NCBI GenBank assembly: GCA_000708835.1
Contig: DF237039.1
Span: 1-64,000 of the forward strand
DNA length: 64,000 nucleotides
Source of the DNA: Klebsormidium nitens
Taxonomy: Eukaryota > Plantae > Klebsormidiophyceae
Reading direction: 5' to 3'
The notes under the pieces are model-generated. The model saw nothing but the letters and a program-made list of their open reading frames with translations, ran no database searches and had not been told where the DNA came from. Made by a program: the position numbers and the translations under genes. Positions 1 through 12,921 of the stretch are shown piece after piece. The stretch's first letter is position 1; every line of letters starts with the position of its first letter.

Positions 1-510
1 AAATCTGAAGACATGGAGAACGAACAGGTAGGCTGCGTGGACGGAAGTTGAAAACAGGATTCAAGCTTGGGATTATGGGGTTGTAAGACAAAGGTCTCAG
101 AAAAGGGTCCATGTAATTGTAGGGAGGTGGACTTTGAGGTAGTCCGCGCGGCGCCGCCAGCCGAAGCTCTCGTACACTTGGAGAACGGACAGGTAGGCTG
201 CGGAATCGGAAGTCACAGTCAGGGTTGCCAGGCATGAAGTTGTGGAGTTGTTGAAAACACATTCTTGAGGAAAGTGCACCTAAGCTTAGGGAAGTGGCCT
301 TGAAAGTTGTCGGCGCGGTACAACCAGCCGAAGCTCTCGTACATTTGAAGAACGGACAGGGAGGCTGTATAAAAAGAGGTTAGAGTTGGGTTTTGATTAT
401 GTAGATTTATTCGAAAGTCTCTTTGATTTTTGAGGAAATGGGCCTTCTGACGTGATTTGCCAGCCGAAGCTCTCGTACACGTGGAGCTCGAACAAGTAGG
501 CGGCGTAAAG
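1..510 (-). repeat. Intronic tandem array (~140-165 bp period, at least 4 copies) of degenerate copies of the next PTOX exon and its acceptor
   Basis: Copies start near 502, 365, 198 and 33. They translate AYLFELHVYESFGW, ASLSVLQMYESFGWLYRADN, AYLSVLQVYESFGWRRRADYLKVH and AYLFVLHVF. Three are preceded by cag; the one near 502 is not. Confidence 0.85.
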
Positions 511-2726
511 AAGAATCGAGTCAGGCTGAATGATTGGGTGCAGGGAGCAAACTTAAGTGTCCCTGGAATTGATGTTGAGGCGCACCTGGGCGCAGCCTCT
601 ATAAGGAAGCTGTTTGTAAGAGAAGCGAGGCAGATCCTAGTGAAATCAGAAACCTCAACAGCAGACAGGCAGCAGGTTAAATTTATCTTAGTGCGGATTG
701 ATTGTTAAATCATGCCGCCTTGGGTGCATACTAGGAACACACGACACAAAGAGGCGAGTGAGTCACATTTCGTTGAAGCTGAGCGAGGCTATCAGCTTTG
801 AGGAAGGAGGAGGAGAGAGGGATTCGGAAGGGGAGAAGACGAAAGGAAGCAAGTACGGATAGCAACACAGAAGTTGGAGGCATCAGAGAAGGGGGGGTAA
901 AAAAGGTCAGGAGCAATAAGAAATTGCAATGAATGACAACTTTCACCTACCGAAATAGGGCACTCTTGCGATGGTCTCCAGCATGTAGAAGCGGGCATAA
1001 TGGCGGTCAGTGTAGATAGCGTCCAAGATAGTCACGATGAACCCCTGCAGACGAGATGCAGCACATCAGACACTGCTATTGAAGCAGGGAGTACGAACGG
1101 AGATTGCTGGGAGAAACGCAATACAGTGCTTTTCCCTGATTGCATGGGAATCAGCATCAAAGAGTGGGCGTATGGTTAAAAGATCAGACGGGCCCAAGAG
1201 AATAAGAGGGTGAAACGTGAGTGGATTGCATAGACAGGCCCTGTGACAGCAAAGCGACAGTCCACTCCTCGGGTCCCATGCCCCCATAGGAGGAGCTACA
1301 ATCACACCGAATCTCAAAGTACTAAGGCCTAGCAGCAATCATGATACTTTGAAAGGCAGTTCCCCAGGGGAAAGAGCTCCCTTTTTGTCTCCTTTGTCCT
1401 TTTTTGGTCCTCTTTTCGGGACAGAAAGTGAAAGAGAGGGAAAATGAAAGGCACTTACAGTAAGGGCAACATTGATCCGTCTTTCTGTCCTGATAACGAA
1501 CCCCTCCCATCCTGTGGCTGAGTCATCTTGGGGGGGGAGTATGTCGTCCTCTGGGGGGGCGGGGCTTTGGGGGGGGTTCACTGCAATCGCTCTTGCAGCA
1601 ACTTGCCTGCATATCATAAATAACAAAGCTCCTACCGTGGTGTTGAGAGGGTGGTTATGTATGAGGAGCACCTATTTCCGGCGGTGCTTGAGCGTAAGCA
1701 TGAGTTGGTTAAATAGGCAGGTTAAACATGGGTTAGAGGCACATGGTGGGCTGAGGGAAGAGTCATTAGCCAAGGATGAGGCAGGGGCAAGAGATCTGTG
1801 TGATTGATGAGAGGTTGAGTGACTATTTGGAGTTGGCTTAGTTGCTGGAACCATAGCAGTTCTGAAGTGATCACTGTTGCTACAATTACTCCCTCACTTG
1901 CTTTTGACTGATCACTGTTGCTAGCGTTACGCCCCGTATCAGTGGGTAGGTGGGGACCCTAGTCCATCAAAGCACTGATGTCTTTATGATTGCAGGGACG
2001 TACAAAGAACTATGATGAATGGAGAAATGAAATGATTTGGGTTTGAATGTGCACAACCCCACCTTCAAGTACACACCTTTTTAACGCCCGAGGGCAGAGA
2101 AATCATCAATGGCAGTCTGGTAAGAGTCAGTACTTGTTGCAGGAACTATCTAGCTAGCCTCACCTAGGCTTTTTCGCACCCGTCTCCTCCACCTTGTGAC
2201 CCTTGAGCTGAGCTCTTGTAGTGGACTGGTGTGAACAGACCTTTGAAAGCTGGGGAAGCCTGCAAGAAAAGGAGAGAATACCGTCTCCAATTGCGGTTGT
2301 GCCCTTCTTTTGGGGGAGCCAAATCAGAGATCGCAACTGTGCATCAGATTGATGGACAGAGGAGTTTTTCTGTCACACTGATCAAACTGGCAAAAGAGAT
2401 TGTTCCTGATCTATACATGAGCAAAGAGGGCGTGGGATGAGCCTCGATAGCTGTGTTGCCTCCTCAAGTTCATTATTGATGATAAGGATTACAGCAAGTG
2501 GCCAGAGGCCCAGGCACCTGGAGATCCCTTTGAAATTATGGATATGGGATATGCTGTGCAGAATTCAAGAGAGAGCAGATGAACAAAGTTTTGAGAATGC
2601 GAGCACCTACCGACTAGATTGGGCACAGCTCGACTTCCTTGCTGGAAGACGCTGTCCGGCCTGTGAAAGCTGCAAACTGCCCACGGTTAATGGCAGGCGA
2701 TTGGAGGTCGCTGCGACTGCCTCCAT
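1..2726 (-). CDS. PTOX: Plastid terminal oxidase (IMMUTANS / alternative oxidase family), 5' part; the gene runs off the left edge
   Basis: Exons 2726-2611 (MEAVAATSNRL..., transit-peptide-like, donor CG|gtaggt), 1606-1459 (...GFVIRTERRINVALT|gtaagt) and 1044-951 (GFIVTILDAIYTDRHYARFYMLETIARVPYF|gtaggt). Phases 2/0/1 are consistent. YARFxxLETIARVPYF followed by AYLSVLxxYESFGWxRRADYLKVH is the diagnostic PTOX sequence. Confidence 0.92.
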
Positions 2727-3617
2727 GTCTGCGAGACCAGGTCGATGGGCAATGGGTCTGGTTTTGCAAGCGCTCAATTGAGCTCAGACAAGTACTTCTG
2801 CTTGCGCGTCACTTACAAACGGGCACGGGAAAGAGACAAAGAGAGTTTCACGTCTGCTGAGTGTGTGAGAATGTAGCTGATCAGTAGAAATGGGGAGCTT
2901 GAATACCCTTCTACCGGTATCGATGCCAGAGCAACTTTAAGTTCAAGCTGTGGGGCAATGCAGCTTTTCCTGATTCCTTTATACCTGGGTATTACACAAT
3001 TGAAACGTTCGGCCAAAAGGCAGATCTGAGATCTTAGTCCTACCTACTTTGGTCAACAAAGCCTGTCAAAGTGACCCTCAAGTTTCCCATGTCATGGTCA
3101 ACAGCTGCAAACGTGCGGGAAATTAATTTGTTGACAAAAGCTTTGACAAAAAGCCGAAAAGTGCGTCGTGAGCCCGAGAGATATTTTCAAGCTCGACCAG
3201 TTTGAATCACGCAGCACCGTCGCTCGAAGGGGCACGATCGGAAATGACGACATCTTTTTCTGCCACAGCTTTCCCGCCGTCGATTGGATTTTTGGAGAAG
3301 ATCGACAGCTTTCAATTGGTTCCAGAGTCCAGACCCTGAAAAGGGATGACATCAGCAATGGCGCTCTGCACAGCTTGCACAGCTTGCACAGCCTCACAGG
3401 GCACACTTGCTATTGGACTGGTCCGTGGTAGTGGACCACTTCCTTGTCCAGACACACAATGACACAGCTACACTACGTAGTACGTAGGTAGATTGTGTTT
3501 GATATCGAGAAGGTGCGTGGTAGCAAGAATGCCCCATTAATCAGAGTTGTGTTTGACATGCATTGCTATTACTAGCTTTTTCCCAAGCGGTGCGGCGCTT
3601 TGGGAGGCGGCGAGAAC

Positions 3618-6600
3618 ATGGGGCACCTTTCAAGCGATGAAGAGGAGCTTGAGGCGGGCCTCTCGCGTCGAAGGTACGAGAAGCTCCACCTATGGGGTGC
3701 TTTTGAGAGAAGGTGAGCTTATTAGCGTCCTGACACGATCCCTTATGATAGCAGACATTGTGACCTTACAAAGACAAGAAGCCAACCGCTGCACATTTCC
3801 TTCATGGAACTTTACGATTGGCGCTGTCAGGTAGTTGGTGCTCTACGCATTCCCTTAAATCTTCCAGATTTGCGCAGTCTTCGTACGCGGCTATTGACAC
3901 GCAGAAGATTCTGAAGGTAGAAGCGCTGGATACAGACCTTGTGCAGGCTCGTGAAGAGAAATGCTCATTGGGTCTCAGCATCTGAACAACAGCAGCTTGA
4001 GCTGCTCTCATCTCTCTGAATTTCTTGTTGCGCCAGAGTTTACCTGCTTCACATAACATGAGTACAGCATTCCAAACAGGGTTGCAAGTCCCTCTTCAGT
4101 CCTTTGCTACATGTGTCCACATGCACCAGCAGGATTCACTTGCTGATCGGTCCTATCTTTAAAGGTTTCTGGGTGACACACTCTGTGGAGAAAAGAATCA
4201 GACCAGCAGAATTTGGCCCCCATCATATCATCGGCTGCCCTTTATTTTTGCTGGACCCTACTTTCAAGCGCGCTTACTCTCAGTCCTCGGTCCTGCTTAG
4301 CATTGTCCACTTCTCTGCGGTGGAGTCTCAGATTTGAGATGCCAAACCCCCCGTGCCTCCTTCTGAAAGGCCCAAAAGATTTTAAGATCCTGAAAACCCG
4401 TGCAATCAATCTTCGAGAAGTCGGCGTGCCCAAACTAATCGCTTAGTAGTTTCACCTGATCAGGAGGAAGGGGCGGCTGAAACTTGCCCCACCGCCATTG
4501 GATTTCTCAGTTCCGGAAGTAGCGCCCCTCTAAAATTTGTGTATGAGCGTGAAGATCCAGAGAAGGGTTGACCAAATCGGCGAAAGATCTGATTGGACGT
4601 TGTACAAGACTCAGCTCAAATCTGGGCTCATCAAGCTACTGAACACAATATTCAATTATATCAATTATTCTGCCTTTTCATACAGGAGTGACTATGCTGA
4701 GGCGTGTCAGGAGTTGGCGATCATCCTGCGGCAGGCATATGCATCTGCAAGCAAGGCCGTCCAGGTGCGCCTCTATAGCGACACCACACTGGCGCTGCAG
4801 TTGCTGGGAAGGTAGTCACTATTCAGTGTCCTTTTTCTGTCCTTTTATCAGAGAGTCTGGCTACAACAGTCCTGTAAAGTGCATAAGAATGAGCATACAC
4901 TGATAGGACGGACTTAGCATGTTCTCACACATATATGTAAGTTATCAGGCTCCAGAAGATTGAAGTAACTTCTGTCGTACTCCCCATTGTGTGAGCCATG
5001 TGCTAACGACCTCTTAAGAATGCGTTTTGAGTCAGGGTTTGCGGAAGAGGATTACGCAAGTGCTGCAGCTCCACTAAGATCACTCACATCTGGAGCTTTA
5101 CAGAACAAGACTTGTTTCAAGCTTGGGTCTCTTCCATCACTCTTTAAATCTACTCTCGGATGGTCAAGGCTGTGCCGATCCTCATACTTGGGAGACCCAC
5201 GAATCAACATTACCTGGAGTCGCATGCCGAGTCTCGCTCTCCTCCGCAGGTTGACAATCAATGAATTGATGGTCGACGACGGAAAGATTGTGGCAAGATG
5301 CCCGTCCATACTAGAAGCATGTGGTCCCAGTTGACGCTACCGTCTTCTAATGCTTGTTTCTTCTGGACAGGATGGACGGCCGCAAGCAGCAACGGGGGGC
5401 GCTGGCTCTTGTGCGCGCGGCTGAGGCAGTTTTCCCCCGCCAAAGGAAAGCGGCCGCAGCCAAAGAGTTCAAGTCCGCGGCTCTAGAGTCCAAGAGAAGG
5501 CAGAAGAAGGAGCGAGGTAGGTGAGATGACTCGAATATCTCACCAAGAATCCGAAATCCGTTCTTCACATGCATGTCTTTTTGACTGGTGAAGCAGAAAT
5601 CTCAATCACTCTGAAAGCAGGTTCGCAGAGTTTCAAATCGCATAAGAATTCCACTTTTGGGGATCGAAGGCGGTTCGAAGCGTTTGGCCTTGGGCGTTGC
5701 TTCGGGGCTGTGGCGTTGGCGGACGCAGGTTGGCGGAAGTGAATTGATCTAGCTGATCTCCGTTTTGACAGTGAACTTTCCTCACGAGAGGATGTCCCTT
5801 TGCCAACAAGGGCCGATCGGTTTCGTACGGAATGATACATGTTCACTTCTCGCTTTTGCGAGTGCCCAGCGGCGCCTCTACTCCTTCTTCAGTAGGACCA
5901 CCAAGGACCGATGGTTCGACGTACTCTTCTGGGAACGAGCTTTATTATGACGTCCAAGTCATGTTAGTAAACGGCTTCGCACGCGAACTTTTTTGAGACT
6001 GGTCAGTCGGATACGAGCTCTATAAGTCACGGAGGACCTGCGTAATCTTTGCTCTGACAGGCCCTCTTTCTTCATAAAGTCGACAGTGAAGCCAAAAGCT
6101 GACGCTCTGCAGCTTTTCAACAGCCTCAACGGCAAGCAGTTTACTTTCGTCACCAGTTCGTCAGTCATACACGTCTCGAGCAATCTGATGCCATGAAGTT
6201 CTCAACCGGAATCGTTTATGAACATTGTTCACTGACCATCTAGCAAAACGCAAGAACTCGAAAGGTCCACTCAAGCTTGCTTCTTCCCTTAAATTGCGCT
6301 TGATTGATTCCCCTTCCTGTATCAAATTTTCTTGCGCTCTGTTGTACGAAATTGGGGTTACATGCGCTGCTCGTCTTCTACCAGTGCAGCTTCGAGCTCG
6401 TTAGAAGGCGACGAAGGCGTGTCCGGGTCCGCCGAGGACCTGCCATCGGACGCTCTTCGGACGGTCTTTGGGTCACTGGATGCTGCGTCGCTTGCAACGG
6501 CAGGCTGCGTGTGCAGGTACTGCTTCTTCTCAAAGTAATAACGATTTTGTCGATCGAGAAGGCACAGAACCGCCTTTTCGAACTGGTACTTCTCTATGAA

Positions 6601-8448
6601 CACAAACCTTCTATCCGACGAAACTAGCGAGGAGGATCTGCGTCGATCATCTCTGGAACGGTGAGAGATCTTCCGGAATTGTCTCTAGTGCACGTATTTT
6701 ATCGGAAAAAGACTACGTTGACCTAAATGATTCCACCTACTTTGGCGGAATCCGACTGCTGATTTCTGGGTGCTGCCATGACGACCCGTTCTAGTTCTAC
6801 TCACGTTCTGTTGTTCCGACCTGACTGCCTTCTTCTTGCAATCTCTTTATGCCCACTTCGCACGAACATTCGCGCATAACTGCCAAACTAAGTACAGGCG
6901 TGAAGTCAGGGTCGGTTCGTAGCCCGCTCATTATCTGGGACACGGGGGGAAAAGGTCCAATGAGCCCTGCCGACCGGTCTGCTCTTCGTTCTTCTTGCGC
7001 TAGGAGGCCCTAAAGATATTTGAAGGGGGCTTGGCATCTTGATGCTGGATTAACGAACCGAATGACGTGCTCGTTGTCAAGCTTAAGCGGAAGCCAGATC
7101 CTTGAAGTGGTTGCAATTGGTCTTGTTCGGACACCTGACACGTTAAATAACGACAGACATTCGTTCGACCTACACAGTTTTCCTAAGGGCGAAATACAGC
7201 GAAGCAAAATACGGCCAGCTAAAGCGCCATGGCATCCTCCATGTGTCAACTTCTGCGTTGAAACCACTTCGACTCCTGCATTCCCGAGTTTCATCGATTG
7301 TTTCTTTTTCATCAGGGCCTGGCGCGAGATTGCCGACGACGATACCTTGTGGGAGGCCCACTTCGCAGCCGTCTTCGGCGCCGACCGGACGTCCGAAACC
7401 GCGGCCGCTCTAGTTCGGCTCAGCGTCAAAGAAACCGAACCTGTACCGGACAAAAATAATACCTCCCCTTCGTCTAGAAAGCAGCCACCCGCAAGTGCAG
7501 AACCGAACGGTCGCGGGGACCCGGTTCTGAAGTCGGGGACCGTGCTCCCGGGGTGGAAAGAGGCATTCCGGTCGGCGTGGAGAAACCAGTCCCCGGCGAA
7601 AGTGTTCGCGTCCAACCGGGCGTACTGTAAGGAGTGTAGAGAGCCGCTCTGGGTCGGGGCACCAGAAACGGGAACGAATGCAAGCGAGCAAGGGGGGAGG
7701 CACGAGCACAAACTGCTGCCGTGGGGGCCTCAGCAGGTAATTCCCGTCTCTCTAACAGTTGTAAGCTTCGGATGCAACTTTGCTGATGTAGCTTCCAAGG
7801 TCCTTGTTCCGAAGGTGCTTTGAAGGAGGCAGCGTCAAGTCCAGGAGCTAGTTTCTGTACGTGCTAACCAGTTAGGTTTTGGTAAGCTTGGTTGTTGATA
7901 ATTGTTTGTGAAAGGGGGCCGCTCAATCGGACTTCGAGCTTTTTGATGTACAGAATTGAGATTTTTCTATTTCTGAAAGTTCAACTGTCTAGCTTCACTA
8001 AGTTGCTCGTGATATCTAGATCAAGATTGTCAGATAGGTTGTGCGCGCAGAAGGGCTGGAGGCAGTAAGAGGTTGCTCTCCGCAATGCAAGAATCGTCAG
8101 AAACAGTCCAAAGTTCGGTTGATTGTTCGCCGAGCTTGCTTTTGGAACAGCCTCCGTGCTCGAATGATGCGGTTTCGAGTGTCTGTAGGAACGACCTTCT
8201 TGGACAGAGGCTCCTCTGGAGGAACCAACAATTATGGATGCAGTATATAATTTGTAGCACTTTTCAAGCTCGACAGAACTGCGGTCAAATGATCTTACAA
8301 TGGTGGGCTTCTGCAGGTGGCGGCTTGGGTGACCAACACGTGGGAGTCCAGCGGTGAGTCGAGCTCGGAAGAAGAGGCGGAGGAATTTGAGGCGGAGGGG
8401 ACTCAAGTCCGGGCCCAACGCAAACTGTGGGCAATACAGAGGCCATAA
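3618..8448 (+). CDS. F-box protein, At5g52880-like
   Basis: Exons 3618-3712, 4686-4811, 5371-5516, 6390-6516, 7316-7736 and 8317-8448, all phase-consistent. N-terminal RYEKLHL...YAEACQELAIILRQAY...FPRQRK...EFK region, F-box motif DLPSDALRTVFGSLDAASLATAGCVCRAW, and an acidic C-terminus ending LWAIQRP. Similarity to At5g52880 is from memory. Confidence 0.85.
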
Positions 8449-9444
8449 GATGACCTGAGCGGATCCCACACAAACAAGAAGGCGCGAACGAATGCGCAAA
8501 AGCCTTAGTGTACAAGTCGGCCATTCATGAGCACAAATCGACGTGCGCCCATGTACTCGTTTGCTATGATTTGACGAGTGTCGTGTCTTGGAAGTCTGTT
8601 GACGGTACGTTCACCCATCTTGCCGCGCAGCATGAGCTAGATTTGGAGATTGCCTATCCGCATGGTGCTGCACGCTCCCTCAACAAACTGCATCCTACTC
8701 GATCGCTAGCCGTGATCTGCATGATTGGACATCCTCATTTTGCATGAACGTGTACCGTCCGTCTGCACGCTTTAACCAACGGCCGCGCGTTCTAGGTATA
8801 GACGACACGCTTTGCAATTGTGGCATAATTAGTCACTTATGAGGTACTGCATGACTTTCGTGCAATTCAGCCATGATTGCACCTCTATGCAGTGCATGTG
8901 CACATGCCTCGCATGCATTTGCATGGGCCCGGTTGGCTGTCGGAGGGTGACGATTGACACGCGCGCGCCGGGAGGCTATAGTGGCAACAGACGGTCGTCA
9001 TGCTGAGTACTGAAATATCCGCACATCTTCTATACAATATCATCTGGCAACCTGGCATCTCGCTTGGACGATCATCCGACCCGTAATGTCACGTATGCAT
9101 GCGAGAGAGTCAGGGACCCTCAGAGTGAGTGTCGTACGTTTGGCACTGGACGGTGACCAGTGCCAGACGACACTTCCTAGACTAGATTCGTAACGGGTAC
9201 AAATCTAGGCTCGGGTCCTCTACCAGGCGCTCAGTGTTTTTGGTGCTGGCACGCAGACGTTTCTCTCCCGTCCACGGAAGTTCGCAGCATGAGTGACAAA
9301 CAGCCCACAGGCCTCTTCTTCTAGGCGTCCACTGTTAGCGCCTTTCTGGAAAGCCGACTTCGGAAGGTCGATTGTTGTTTGGTATGCGAGTCGCACAAAG
9401 CACAAAAGGAGGGAAAGCTTCGCCAACTTGAAAGCGCATCAAAG

Positions 9445-12400
9445 ATGGAGGTGACCACTGCACACGCTACAGACTGTGCGAAGAAGGTCAACACGGCCGA
9501 GACGCTCCAGGCCTTCTTGGCGCTCCTGAAGCTGGTCAACGTCTCTAGGCTCCGCAAGCCGAAGTGCAACAAAGCAATCATGGACGAACTGGGCGGCTAC
9601 GAGGATCGGCTGCTACAGTTCGTCGACCTTCTCACGGCCACGTACAACAAGAAAGGCGCGGGGTGGGGGTTCTGCACCCTCGTAATCAAACTGATGAGAC
9701 CGTGGACCGAAGAAAAGGCGCGTGAGAAGCTCGATGAAGAAGCTCTAGTGCCGGAAATGTACAAGAACTGGTGCAAGACGGGGCTGTTCTCCCTCGTGCC
9801 GGAGGCGCTTCTGAAGGAGCTGCAGCCAGCGTTCAAGGACGCCTTTGACTACGCTGCAAGGGTCCTGCTGGGCAGGTTAGCTTCCAAGTCTCTCTTACAG
9901 GCGGCGAGCCCTTATCAGAACCCACAACTGCCTACGCCCATTTGCTTGAGAACACACGACATCTGATCCGGCTTTGCTTGTTATCGTGCTGTCCGGCGGA
10001 AGCATGCCATATTCTTCACAATATCGAAGAGGTACAAGAAATGCCAAACATTCTCTGGTCAGGATTAATTCATCCCCTTCCGATTAGATGAAGCGCGCAA
10101 TCAGTCAATATTCAGCGCCTATCTAAGGTGCACCCTTTCGTGCCTTTGTGGTAGATGGATGATTGCGTGTTATTAGCCCCTGAAAGCAGCGGTCGAGGAG
10201 GACAGTTTTGATTCCAACAAAGGTCGGAAAATGCCCACAGGTTCAAAGATGAGGTGCTTCATTGGACTGAAATTGTGCTTCTTTTAGTTCAGCCCGTTTG
10301 TATTCTAGTCGCAGATCTGTTGGGCAGGTAGTTTATCCACTTTCAGAGGATCAACACCGATACGCACCCAACAGTTCTGCTACGTAATACTGATGCCTCC
10401 TCTGGTGAGAGACCATTCACAAGGCGCGAACATTGTTCAGAGTAGGTGCAACTGAAGTCCAATCTGAGTTTGAAAAAGTACGTGCTTGCGTGGGCCGGAA
10501 AGCTCTGCTTTTCTGGTTGACGTAAACCACTGATACTGGTTGCCTGCACGTGCAGCTCTCAACCGAAGGCGGTCGCTAGCGGCATGAAGCTGACCAAAGT
10601 GCTCTCGGCCATGTGCGCTATCCAAACGTACCTTCACACAAGGACAGAGGTACGGGTACCGTACCGAACATATGTACATCTCACTTTCTTTCTGAGAAAT
10701 TTGACTTCTGATCCGTCCAAGACATTTGTGAGCCCGTCTTCCGATCTCTCAGTCCGTCATAAAACCATATGAAGTTGTTCGACGACTTCTGCTGATAAGT
10801 ATAATGCAACACTATCTTCGAAATTCGATTGGATCGCCCCCTCAGATTGCCAATCATGGTTGGAGCTACTTCGTTGGACCGCCTGTGACGAGGTGGCCCC
10901 AATGTATGTGGAAAGCTGAAGCAGACTGACTTAACTTTCGAACATCTGAGCTGTGTTCCGGTTCTCAAACCACAAACGTCCTTGAAAATGTTAAGAAATC
11001 TTCTACTGCTATTCCCTGTTCCGCAATTGGTACTTGGTATTCCGCTTTGTCAGTTTATCGACCGGTTTAATTCTCTTTCCCAGAGCAACTTGATTTCCCT
11101 TGATGAATCTATCTTTTCCAATGACTCGACGACCCCTTCTGCAGCCCCTGGAGAGAAATCTCAGCGGCATCGAGCCCGTCGACGATCTAGAGCGCTTCGA
11201 CCTCCAAGAGGATTGGGAAGACTTCTTGAACCACAACACAGCGCAGGGAAGAGGCGTAAGGTATGTTAAAAGCCAGCGTACACAATTCAAGGGCTATCTG
11301 CAAGGACCCACATGCAAAGGAGTTTAGTTCATTGAACAACTTAAAGCTTGGCTCCCACTTCCTTCTTGAAACAGAAACTCTTCCGAGTGTTATGGCCAAA
11401 GCGTGCAAGATTGAACATGTATTCGTGCTAAGCTTCACTCGAACGCGTTAAAGGGGAGCCCACAGAACGATTACGCCGAAAGATATATAGCCCTAAGTTG
11501 TTTGTCCCTCGCCAGTTGTTGACCCAAATCCCCCGACGGACTTGGTTGATATCGCCTTCTGGACGGAGGGGGGAATAAGGGACTAAAGGGATAGGAATGA
11601 ATAGCTCTTCCCAAGTATCAGGGGAAAAAACAACGGCTTGATCTGATGAAAATCGTCATCTCAGCGCAGCAGCACGATGTATACCCTGAAGCATGAGATG
11701 CTGCCTTGCAGGACCGTGACCGGAAGGACAGCGAGGGGCCCGGTGCGAAGAGGAAGCACTGGTGGACCAATGTCGACCCGGACGAGTCCGACCGGTCGCA
11801 ATTTCCGTGCGCCCGGTGCGGCAGAATGCTGGCTACCGCCAGCAGCCTCGCGCGCCACGTCAGCTGGGCCTGCCCCGCGTCCAAACCCCATCAGGTAACG
11901 TTAACCCAATCTGCTTCTGCTTCAAACGACCCCAGATGTCAGTTTGTGTGGTTTTAGGGTATGGTGACAGAATTTGACACAGGATCTGCGGTTGAAGCTC
12001 GGCTTGCAACCGACCCCCGTTTTCTGACAACGCGATGCTTTCTCCCCATTCTAGGATCTCTGTGGAGCCGTAGCGCCCCCGCAACTTACAGCAGCACGAT
12101 AGGGATCTGTCGGATGTCGCACGTCTTCTTACTTTTGTGCTTGAAAGAATTTCTTTCATCCGATCCCTTCAACGGAGGGCTGAGATCTTCAAGGTGCTTA
12201 CCGCAGGATCCTGCGGTCCCTTGTGGGCTTCATCTTTTGGCAGCAAAAGTACTCAATTGTTCGAAAGTCCACATCTTCTTTCTTCTCCTTACCCTTTTCC
12301 TAGCTTGTTGGCGCCTTCTGATGGGCACTCCTAGACGACCAGATGTTTGCAGCGAGAAGGCATCGGGTTTAGAAAACTTTTCGCGGCTGGTGTTGGTCTT

Positions 12401-12921
12401 CCAGATTCTTCCGGTATCTCCGATCGCCCAATTTGAAGAAGGTTTTCGTGAATCTTTACGGAGCCTCTATTTCTATTCTATGGATTGTTCGACTTCTCGC
12501 AGTCGCTCCTCAAAAATCGTCAGAGAACCGGCATGCGTGCCACTGCTCTTTCAGTACAGGCTTGAGGAAACAGGGCATCCATGTCGAGCTCCCACTTAAG
12601 CGATTTTAAGCACCTGAAGAAGTTTAGAAAAGAAGCATCTCAAAAAGCTACCTCGTGCCTTTGCAGGCGGCTGCCAAAGGAGTCGATGCCAATGAGGAAG
12701 AGCCCAGCGGCGCAGAGGCAAACGATCAGGCGGAGACGGAGACCACGGGTCAAGCGCACCGGTCGAGCAAGAGACGCAAACCAGCGACGTCTGACGCATC
12801 GGACGGCGGAGAAAGCTTCGCCGAGCCCGCATTTTACGTGGCCACTGCCTTCAATACACGTGTCGACAAGATCGTGAAGAAAGGGGCGCGCATGTTTGCC
12901 GAGGCAACTAGCGGCCAATAA
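9445..12921 (+). CDS. Hypothetical protein with one C2H2-like (CxxC...H...C) zinc finger
   Basis: Exons 9445-9875, 10556-10649, 11145-11255, 11712-11894 and 12667-12921, with phases 2/0/0/0 consistent. Motif FPCARCGRMLATASSLARHVSWAC. The start and possible extra exons are uncertain. Confidence 0.65.

Noticed and set aside
2231-2860. Plus-strand ORFs with Cys motifs, first read as a transposon remnant
   Set aside because: They have no recognisable domain and overlap, antisense, the phase-consistent first exon of PTOX (2726-2611).
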